A stretch of 64,000 bases of DNA. It comes from a virus. Its lineage: Duplodnaviria; Caudoviricetes. The stretch's first letter is position 1. Every line of letters begins with the position of its first letter. Position numbers and translations under genes: made by a program. This document shows, in pieces, positions 57,034-64,000 of the stretch. The stretch is from positions 3,857-67,856 of the IMG/VR virus record IMGVR_UViG_2799112568_000001. The stretch is one strand, 5' to 3'. The notes under the pieces are model-generated. The model made no database searches. It was given only the letters and a program-made list of their open reading frames with translations, and had not been told where the DNA came from.

Positions 57034-58806
57034 TTGAAAACCGTAGAGAAAATCGAAAAAACAAAGTCGGTTATTCCCAAGAGAAAGCGAGTCGCGGCCT
57101 ACGCCAGAGTGTCGATGGAATCTGAGCGAATGCAGCACTCGCTTTCTACGCAGGTTAGCTACTACAGCAGCCTGATTCAAAAGAACCCGGAATGGGAATA
57201 CGCTGGCGTCTATGCCGATTACGGCATTTCCGGGACAGGCACAAAAAAGCGAGATGACTTCAATCGCATGCTGGCTGACTGCGAGGCCGGTAAGATCGAT
57301 ATCATCCTGACCAAGTCCATCCAGCGCTTTGCGAGAAATACCGTGGACCTGCTGAACACCGTCCGGCACCTGAAGGACATCGGCATCGAGGTCCGCTTCG
57401 AGAAGGAAAACATCAACTCCCTGAGCGGTGATGGCGAGCTGATGATGTCAATCCTCGCTTCCTTCGCACAGGAAGAAAGCCGCAGCATCTCAGAAAACGT
57501 CAAGTGGGGTACGATCAAGCGCTTCAAGCAAGGCATCCCCAACGGCAAGTTCACCATCTTCGGATATGAATGGGAAGACGATCATCTGGTCCCGATCCCA
57601 GAAGAAGCCGAGATTGTCCGCTGGATGTACAGCGAATACATGAAAGGCGCTTCTCGAATCGAGATCGGTCGAGCTTTGATGGAGCGCGGGATCTACACCC
57701 GGCAAGGCAAGCCGTGGGTGGATTCTAATGTAAAATGCATCCTGACAAACATCACCTACACTGGCAACTTGCTCTTCCAGAAAGAGTTCTGCGAGGACCC
57801 GATCACCAAGCACCGGAAGAAGAATCGCGGTGAGCTCCCGCAGTATTTTGTCGAGGGTACGCACGAAGCCATTATTCCGATGGATGAGTGGCAGGCCGTA
57901 CAAGAGGAGTTCAAGCGCAGACGGGACCTTGGCCCCTTCGGAAACAAGTCGCTCAAGCTGTCCGCGTTCTCCACGAAGATCACCTGCGGATGCTGCGGCA
58001 AGCATTACCGGCACAGCGGAAAGCGAAACACAGCCGGTGAGGTTTACTACATCTGGACCTGCCAGACAAAAAGCCAGAAAGGAGCCTCGGCCTGCGACTC
58101 CAAAAACGTACCGGAGAAGATGCTTCAGAAGGCTTCCGCTGAAGTCCTCGGAATTCCAGAGTTTGACGAGGCTGTATTTGCCGAGCAGATTCAGGAGATC
58201 ATCGTTGTCGGTAAAGACACCCTGACATTCCGTTTCTACGATGGCCGAGAGATCACCACTCAATGGACATCGACCGCAAAAACAGACTGGTGGACACCGG
58301 AGCGCAGGAGGCTCTGGGGAGAAGCCCACAAACGCAAAGACACGAACCCGAACCGGAACGTGTTCTACGAGTTTACCGGCTTCATCAAATGCGGCTGCTG
58401 TGGTGCGAATTACCGCTGTCAGTCAAACAAGCTGAAAGACGGTACCCCGACGCGGTCTTGGTACTGCACCAGCCCAAGGACGAAATGCCAGAACCCCGGC
58501 ATCCGGGACGATACGATGAAGCGGCTCGTGACTGATGTCCTCGGATTGGATGAATTCGATGAGGCTACTATGGACGCTCAAATCGAACACGCCTCTGTTC
58601 TCGCCAACACGGTGACCTTCCATTTCCGGGACGGTCATACTGAGAGCCGAGACTATCTTGACAAGCGGCGCGGCACACCTTGGACTCCAGAGCGCAGAGA
58701 AAAGGCCATCGCATCTATGAAGGATGCTTGGACAGATGAACGAAAGGCGGCGATGAGCAAAAGAATCAAAGAAGTAAGGAGAGAAAAGAAATGGCCAAAT
58801 CCGTAA
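57034..58806 (+). CDS. Large serine recombinase 1 (two zinc ribbons)
   Basis: AAYARVS catalytic motif, TKSIQRFARN, recombinase domain, two CGCCG ribbons. Confidence 0.93.
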   Translation: MKTVEKIEKTKSVIPKRKRVAAYARVSMESERMQHSLSTQVSYYSSLIQKNPEWEYAGVYADYGISGTGTKKRDDFNRMLADCEAGKIDIILTKSIQRFARNTVDLLNTVRHLKDIGIEVRFEKENINSLSGDGELMMSILASFAQEESRSISENVKWGTIKRFKQGIPNGKFTIFGYEWEDDHLVPIPEEAEIVRWMYSEYMKGASRIEIGRALMERGIYTRQGKPWVDSNVKCILTNITYTGNLLFQKEFCEDPITKHRKKNRGELPQYFVEGTHEAIIPMDEWQAVQEEFKRRRDLGPFGNKSLKLSAFSTKITCGCCGKHYRHSGKRNTAGEVYYIWTCQTKSQKGASACDSKNVPEKMLQKASAEVLGIPEFDEAVFAEQIQEIIVVGKDTLTFRFYDGREITTQWTSTAKTDWWTPERRRLWGEAHKRKDTNPNRNVFYEFTGFIKCGCCGANYRCQSNKLKDGTPTRSWYCTSPRTKCQNPGIRDDTMKRLVTDVLGLDEFDEATMDAQIEHASVLANTVTFHFRDGHTESRDYLDKRRGTPWTPERREKAIASMKDAWTDERKAAMSKRIKEVRREKKWPNP

Positions 58807-60362
58807 CCACGATACCAGCGACGCTCAGCCGATTTACGGCGACACCGCTGGGCAGCACAAAAAAGCGACGTGTGGCCGCCTACGCTCGTGTCAGTACCGA
58901 TCAAGAAGAACAGCTGACAAGCTATGAGGCACAGGTCGATTATTACACAAACTACATCAAGGGCCGGGAGGACTGGGAATTCGCCGGGATCTACACGGAT
59001 GAAGGTATCACCGGGACGAATACCAAAAAGCGCGAGGGCTTCAAAAGCATGGTGGCAGATGCGCTGGCCGGAAAGATTGACCTGATCATCACGAAGTCGG
59101 TCAGCCGCTTTGCTCGAAACACAGTCGACAGCCTGACCACGATCCGCTCCCTGAAAGAGCACAATGTCGAATGCTATTTCGAGAAGGAAAACATCTGGAC
59201 CTTCGACGGCAAAGGCGAACTGCTCCTGACGATCATGTCCTCGTTGGCGCAGGAGGAAGCCCGCTCCATCTCAGAGAACTGCACATGGGGACAGCGGAAG
59301 CGATTTGCAGACGGCAAGGTAACTGTTCCGTTTAATCGCTTCCTCGGCTACGACAGAGGCCCTGATGGAAATCTTGTGGTCAACCGGGAACAGGCAAAGC
59401 TGGTGCAGCGGATTTACGGGATGTTCCTCACAGGCATGTCCCCGATGAGGATTGCAAAGACGCTCACCGCCGAGGGTATTCCATCTCCGGGCGGCAAAGA
59501 CCACTGGAACCCCAGCAACATCAAGAGCATCCTCACGAACGAGAAATACAAAGGAGATGCGTTGCTCCAGAAAACCTACACGGTAGACTTCCTCACCAAA
59601 AAGAAAAAGGCCAACGAGGGCGAAATCCCGCAGTACTACGTCCGGGACAATCACGAGGCCATCATTTCCCCGGAGACCTTCGAGCGAGTACAAACCATGA
59701 TGGCAGCCCGGACAAAGGGCAAGAATCGCCTGAGCTCCGTGAGCATCTTCTCCAGCAAGATTAAGTGCGGTGATTGCGGCAGCTGGTATGGCTCCAAGGT
59801 CTGGCACTCCAACGATAAATACCGCCGGATAATCTGGCAGTGCAATCACAAGTTTGAAGGCAAGAAATGCACCACACCGGTTTTGACCGAGGATGAAATC
59901 AAAGACATCTTCGTTCGGACCGCCAACATGGTGATTACAGAAAAGGACGAGATCTGCAGCACCTACGAGCAGATAATGGCACCGCTGCTTTCAACTTCCG
60001 AGCTCGAAAAGGAACAGGCAGAGCTGGAAACGGAAATCAATGTCACCGCCGAGCTCATCGAAGAGTGCATCAAGGAGAACGCACACGTTGCCCTTGATCA
60101 GGCCGATTACCAGAAACGCTACGATGCCTTAGTTGCTCGGTTTGAGAAAGCAAAAGACCGGCTCACAGAGATTTCCGACCTGATTGTTGACCGGCTGGCC
60201 CGGAGGCATCAGATTGAGATGTACCTGCAGGAACTCCGGGAGCGGGAGCTTATAACCGAGTTCCACGATGCCGACTGGCTCTCGATGGTCGACCACATTA
60301 CCGTCTACAGCAAGAATGACATCCGCGTAAAGTTCAAAGACGGGACCGAGATAAAGGCATGA
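58791..60362 (+). CDS. Large serine recombinase 2
   Basis: AAYARVSTD, TKSVSRFARN, recombinase domain, CGDCG zinc ribbon, coiled coil. Confidence 0.95.
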   Translation: MAKSVTTIPATLSRFTATPLGSTKKRRVAAYARVSTDQEEQLTSYEAQVDYYTNYIKGREDWEFAGIYTDEGITGTNTKKREGFKSMVADALAGKIDLIITKSVSRFARNTVDSLTTIRSLKEHNVECYFEKENIWTFDGKGELLLTIMSSLAQEEARSISENCTWGQRKRFADGKVTVPFNRFLGYDRGPDGNLVVNREQAKLVQRIYGMFLTGMSPMRIAKTLTAEGIPSPGGKDHWNPSNIKSILTNEKYKGDALLQKTYTVDFLTKKKKANEGEIPQYYVRDNHEAIISPETFERVQTMMAARTKGKNRLSSVSIFSSKIKCGDCGSWYGSKVWHSNDKYRRIIWQCNHKFEGKKCTTPVLTEDEIKDIFVRTANMVITEKDEICSTYEQIMAPLLSTSELEKEQAELETEINVTAELIEECIKENAHVALDQADYQKRYDALVARFEKAKDRLTEISDLIVDRLARRHQIEMYLQELRERELITEFHDADWLSMVDHITVYSKNDIRVKFKDGTEIKA

Positions 60363-60377
60363 TGCACACAAGAAAAT

Positions 60378-60415
60378 AGGCACCGGGCTACTGTTAATTC
60401 AGCGGCTCGGTGCCT
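60378..60415. terminator. Terminator between convergent genes
   Basis: AGGCACCGGGC / GCTCGGTGCCT stem. Confidence 0.65.
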
Positions 60416-60419
60416 CTCT

Positions 60420-60629
60420 TTATTCTTCGTCTTCGACCTTGATGTCAAACAATCCCTCGCTCCGGAACTTGGCCAGAGTCTCCAGCATGTGTTTGCCGAT
60501 TCGCTCCGGGTCATTGTCCAGCCCTGCACAGATGATCCGCAGGCCGTCCGGTGTAATGACACGACCGTGTAAAACGGCAGTCTTGTACTTTTCATATTCC
60601 ACATATTCTTTGTTCGTAAGCTGTTTCAT
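60420..60629 (-). CDS. Small hypothetical protein (69 aa)
   Basis: RBS GGAGGT, ATG start, ends at the terminator. Confidence 0.7.
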   Translation of the reverse strand: MKQLTNKEYVEYEKYKTAVLHGRVITPDGLRIICAGLDNDPERIGKHMLETLAKFRSEGLFDIKVEDEE

Positions 60630-60704
60630 TTTGACCTCCGATAATGTTTACAGGGCAGCGCAGGGATAATCCTGTTTATTTCGATCTATTCTGCCTTGTA
60701 GAAA

Positions 60705-61373
60705 TCAATCTGATCTGTTCAACAAAAAATGATTCTTATTGTATGAAATCAGCCCATCTTTCTTCATCTTTGACAGCTCAGCCGACAAAGCACTTCGTTC
60801 TACAGAAAGGAAATCGGCGAACTGCTGCCTGTCAAAAGGAATATCAAATTCACGAACACCTGTCTTTTGTGATTGAGAATACAGATAGGAAAGCACCTTC
60901 TCCCGTGTGGTACGCTGTGCCATATGGGAGATTTTTTCATTCATCTGCAAATTCTTTGAAGCCAATCCAGTCACAAGATTACGAATCAAAACGGCATGAT
61001 GAACGCACGCCGATGAACAGGTTGTCATCACCTTTCTAACTGCAAGCCAAAGAATCCTACACTCTGTCTCAGCGAGAACAGAGACATCCATCTTTGAAGT
61101 CGGAGAACATGCATATGCTTCAGCGAAGATATCCCCTGAAATGAGTTTCGTTACGATATTCCTGTTTCCCCAGTAATCCTCTTTAACTACAAGGGCGCTG
61201 CCGTCCAGCACCAGACCGACGCTTTCAGGTGTGTCACCGACACGAAGGATATACTCTCCTGCACTATAGCCTGTTTCAGTTGCTCCAAGGCATGACAACA
61301 CAGTTCTCAATTCTGACTCATCTATACCGGAGAAGATCGAAGCACTTTTAATCGACCCAAAAAATTCTTCCAT
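60705..61373 (-). CDS. Crp/Fnr-family regulator (HcpR-like)
   Basis: cNMP-binding fold (GDIFAE), C-terminal HTH RQQFADFLSVERSALSAELSKM; divergent from hcp. Confidence 0.9.
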   Translation of the reverse strand: MEEFFGSIKSASIFSGIDESELRTVLSCLGATETGYSAGEYILRVGDTPESVGLVLDGSALVVKEDYWGNRNIVTKLISGDIFAEAYACSPTSKMDVSVLAETECRILWLAVRKVMTTCSSACVHHAVLIRNLVTGLASKNLQMNEKISHMAQRTTREKVLSYLYSQSQKTGVREFDIPFDRQQFADFLSVERSALSAELSKMKKDGLISYNKNHFLLNRSD

Positions 61374-61387
61374 AAAAATTCCTTTCT

Positions 61388-61401
61388 GTTGGAAATACAA
61401 C
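61388..61401. promoter_or_regulatory. Candidate Crp/Fnr operator GTTG-N6-CAAC
   Basis: Palindrome with Crp-like spacing in the short intergenic region between the regulator and the ferredoxin-hcp genes. Confidence 0.45.
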
Positions 61402-61458
61402 CGACTTGTTGTTTTTATTATAGTAAAATGCAATCAGAAAGTCAAGGAGGTACTTCAA

Positions 61459-62160
61459 ATGAAACGGAAAATCATTGAAATCGATGAAGATCGCTGCAAT
61501 GGCTGCGGCGCTTGTGCTAAGGCGTGTCATGAAGGAGCTATTGCTATGGTAAACGGAAAAGCAAAACTCATGCGTGATGATTACTGTGACGGACTTGGCG
61601 ACTGCCTCCCGGCCTGCCCGACGGATGCGATTCGGTTTGTGGAGCGCGAGGCAGCAGCATATGACGCAGAAGCAGTTGCTGCAAGCAAGGCAAAGAAGGC
61701 AGCACACCTTGCCTGTGGCTGCCCCGGAACAATGGCAAAGTCCATACAGCACGGAACGGAAGAACTCCCGGAGATCGCGGCTTCCCGCGCTCCTATTTCA
61801 CGGCTGTCCCAGTGGCCTGTGCAGATCAAGCTGGTCAATCCGAAAGCTGCGTATCTGGACGGCGCAAAGATCCTCGTTGCGGCGGACTGTACGGCCTATG
61901 CCTATGCGAACTTCCATGAGGAATTCATTAAAGGCCGCATCACACTGGTCGGCTGCCCGAAGCTGGACGCCATAGACTATTCTGAGAAGCTCACGGAAAT
62001 CCTGAAGAGCAACGATATCCGTGACGTATTAGTCGTCCGTATGGAAGTTCCATGCTGCGGTGGTCTGGAAAATGCAGTTAAGAAAGCACTGCAGGGCTGC
62101 GGCAAGCTGATCCCATGGCGAGTCGTGACCATCTCCACGGATGGAAAAATCATAGAATAA
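61459..62160 (+). CDS. 2x[4Fe-4S] ferredoxin-domain protein with Cys-rich C-terminal domain
   Basis: CNGCGACAKAC and CDGLGDCLPAC; C-terminal ADC, GCPKLD, MEVPCCGG. Confidence 0.9.
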   Translation: MKRKIIEIDEDRCNGCGACAKACHEGAIAMVNGKAKLMRDDYCDGLGDCLPACPTDAIRFVEREAAAYDAEAVAASKAKKAAHLACGCPGTMAKSIQHGTEELPEIAASRAPISRLSQWPVQIKLVNPKAAYLDGAKILVAADCTAYAYANFHEEFIKGRITLVGCPKLDAIDYSEKLTEILKSNDIRDVLVVRMEVPCCGGLENAVKKALQGCGKLIPWRVVTISTDGKIIE

Positions 62161-62196
62161 AACCTATTCGGAATAACGGAAAGGAAGGTACTGAAA

Positions 62197-63795
62197 ATGG
62201 AAAACAAGATGTTTTGCTATCAATGTGAGCAGACAGCCGGATGTGTCGGCTGCAAGGGAAATGCGGGCGTCTGCGGCAAAAGCGCCGGAACTGCAATCCT
62301 ACAGGATAAACTGACAGGAGCGCTCATCGGACTTGCCCGTGCCACTGATGGGGACACGAATCCCGATGAGACCACATATCGGACATTGATCGAGGGTCTT
62401 TTCACGACGATCACCAACGTGAGCTTTGATGATGCAGCCATACAGAGACAGATCGACAAGACTCACGCCGAAAGGGACAAGCTCGTTCCGCAGTGCTCCT
62501 TCTGCGCCTCTCAGTGCGGAAAGAATAACGACTACGATATGCAGAAGCTCTGGAATGACGATGAGGATGTCCGCTCTCTGAAATCCCTGATCCTTTTCGG
62601 GCTTCGCGGTATTGCAGCTTACGCCTACCATGCACTTATGCTCGGTTACACAGATGATGAGGTAAACAAGTTCTTCGCCGAAGGATTGTTCTACATTGGC
62701 GAAGACCTCTCCGTCGAACAGCTCCTGCCGCACGTCCTGAAGGTCGGCGAGATCAACCTGAAGTGCATGGCATTGCTGGACAAGGCAAATACGGAAACCT
62801 ACGGCACACCTGCGCCTGCAACGGTTCCTCTGTCCGTCGAAAGAGGTCCGTTCATCGTGGTGACGGGACATGATCTGAAGGATCTGCAGCTTCTTCTGGA
62901 ACAGACGAAAGATAAGGGGATTAATGTCTATACGCACGGTGAGATGCTGCCCGCTCACGCATATCCGGAACTTAAGAAGTATCCGCAGCTTAAAGGCAAT
63001 TTCGGAACGGCATGGCAGAACCAGCAGAAAGAGTTCGACGGCATTCCCGCGCCGATCCTGTTTACAACGAACTGCCTGATGCCTCCGAAGGCAAGCTATG
63101 CAGACCGTGTGTTTACCACAGAAGTCGTCGCCTTCCCCGGTGCTGTCCATATCGGTGATGAGAAGGACTTCACACCGGTTATCGAAAAAGCGCTTGAACT
63201 GGGCGGCTATCCCGATGAGCACCCGATGGCAGGCATAAACGGCGGTACAGCTGTGACCACCGGTTTTGGTCACGGGACTGTGCTCTCCGTCGCTGATAAG
63301 ATCATCGAAGCGGTGAAGGCAGGAGCCATCAAACATTTCTTCCTTGTGGCAGGCTGTGACGGCGCAAGGCCCGGTAGAAATTACTATACGGACTTCGTGA
63401 AGAAGACTCCGAAGGATTCCGTGATACTGACTCTTGCCTGCGGAAAATATCGCTTCAACGATCTCGACCTCGGAACAATCGCAGGGCTTCCTCGCCTGCT
63501 TGATATGGGACAATGCAACGATGCATACAGCGCGATTCAGGTGGCTGTTGCCTTGGCAAATGCTTTCGGCTGCGGTGTGAATGATCTTCCTCTCTCCTTC
63601 GTTCTGTCATGGTACGAGCAGAAAGCAGTCAGTATTCTGCTGACGCTGCTTCACCTTGGAATCAAAAACATCCGTCTTGGTCCGACTCTTCCGGCATTTC
63701 TCTCGCCGAACATTACGAAGTTCCTCGTGGAGAACTATGGGATCGCACCGATCACGACTCCGGATGAGGACCTGAAAGCACTCCTCGATAAATAA
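62197..63795 (+). CDS. hcp: Hybrid cluster protein (hydroxylamine / NO reductase)
   Basis: MFCYQCEQTA..GC...GVCGK cubane motif; GHD, YTHGEM, TTNC, GCDG, LACGK, GQCND, SWYEQKA hybrid-cluster ligands. Confidence 0.96.
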   Translation: MENKMFCYQCEQTAGCVGCKGNAGVCGKSAGTAILQDKLTGALIGLARATDGDTNPDETTYRTLIEGLFTTITNVSFDDAAIQRQIDKTHAERDKLVPQCSFCASQCGKNNDYDMQKLWNDDEDVRSLKSLILFGLRGIAAYAYHALMLGYTDDEVNKFFAEGLFYIGEDLSVEQLLPHVLKVGEINLKCMALLDKANTETYGTPAPATVPLSVERGPFIVVTGHDLKDLQLLLEQTKDKGINVYTHGEMLPAHAYPELKKYPQLKGNFGTAWQNQQKEFDGIPAPILFTTNCLMPPKASYADRVFTTEVVAFPGAVHIGDEKDFTPVIEKALELGGYPDEHPMAGINGGTAVTTGFGHGTVLSVADKIIEAVKAGAIKHFFLVAGCDGARPGRNYYTDFVKKTPKDSVILTLACGKYRFNDLDLGTIAGLPRLLDMGQCNDAYSAIQVAVALANAFGCGVNDLPLSFVLSWYEQKAVSILLTLLHLGIKNIRLGPTLPAFLSPNITKFLVENYGIAPITTPDEDLKALLDK

Positions 63796-63810
63796 ACAAG
63801 TTTAATAACG

Positions 63811-63848
63811 AAGATCGCCTTTGAGTCCAACATCTCAGAGGCGATCTT
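63811..63848 (+). terminator. Terminator after hcp
   Basis: AAGATCGCCTTTGAG / CTCAGAGGCGATCTT stem. Confidence 0.7.
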
Positions 63849-63971
63849 TGTAGTCCATAGAAAAGCAAAAACTTATCCCATCGTGTGCAACTTATGTTGC
63901 TGCCTACACAAATTACCCTGCAAAACAAAAATTACCCTGCAAGCGGCAAAATCGGCGGAGGAATAATTAAA

Positions 63972-63998
63972 TTGTATCAATCTCGGTGTTTTTATATC
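63972..63998. other. Right attachment junction: phage arm TTGTATCAATCTCGGTGTTTTTATA plus TC core
   Basis: Inverted counterpart of 10221-10245; TCTA occurs at both junctions (10219-10222 and 63997-64000). Confidence 0.85.
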
Positions 63999-64000
63999 TA

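Larger units (their letters stand above)
10219..63998. mobile_element. Temperate prophage (~53.8 kb, HK97-type head, long non-contractile tail) integrated by large serine recombinase(s) into hsdM
   Basis: Replication, packaging, head, tail, lysis and recombinase modules are all present. Both ends carry inverted 25-bp arms around a TC core. The core is clearly more GC-rich than the flanking host locus. Confidence 0.92.

Noticed and set aside
60300-60700. Prophage right boundary immediately after the recombinases
   Set aside because: No att-like match to the left junction is seen there; the matching arm is at 63972-63998.
1-64000. tRNA, rRNA, IS transposase or group II intron genes
   Set aside because: None recognisable by eye; a tRNAscan or Rfam run would be needed to exclude small RNAs.

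Overview
The window holds a complete-looking ~53.8 kb temperate siphovirus-type prophage (10219-63998) of a Clostridia-like host (host assignment is inference). It is inserted into the hsdM gene of a host type I restriction-modification locus. I found matching serine-integrase half-sites at both ends: 25-bp imperfect inverted arms (18/25 identical, ending TTGATACAA) around a TC core that lies in the Asp codon of the HsdM motif I DPACG. Left of the insertion, the AT-rich host defence operon (minus strand) reads hsdM 3' fragment, hsdS, a RelA/SpoT synthetase with a C-terminal YPNY motif (CapRel-like), hsdR, then a >1170-aa sacsin-like GHKL ATPase that the ORF track missed because it runs off the edge. 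The prophage left arm is a minus-strand defence cargo block: XRE HTH, an atypical Hachiman hamA-hamB, two unknown genes plus a single-domain MutH/Sau3AI-like nuclease, a DpnII system (dpnM, dpnA, dpnB), a GIY-YIG/DUF4357 protein and a 5'(3')-deoxynucleotidase, ending in a long terminator just inside the att site. The core encodes a sigma-like regulator, a PolA/primase-helicase replication module, packaging genes interrupted by MetK-like, methylase and small accessory genes, HK97-type head, tail, holin, a two-catalytic-domain endolysin and two large serine recombinases. The right arm carries a Crp/Fnr-ferredoxin-hcp nitrosative-stress cassette. The best leads are: integration into hsdM as a possible shut-off of both type I RM and a capsid-sensing CapRel-like toxin; the unknown-unknown-MutH cassette next to a HamA with a degenerate nuclease motif; and several repeated regulatory motifs. 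All family calls come from motif recognition, not database searches.
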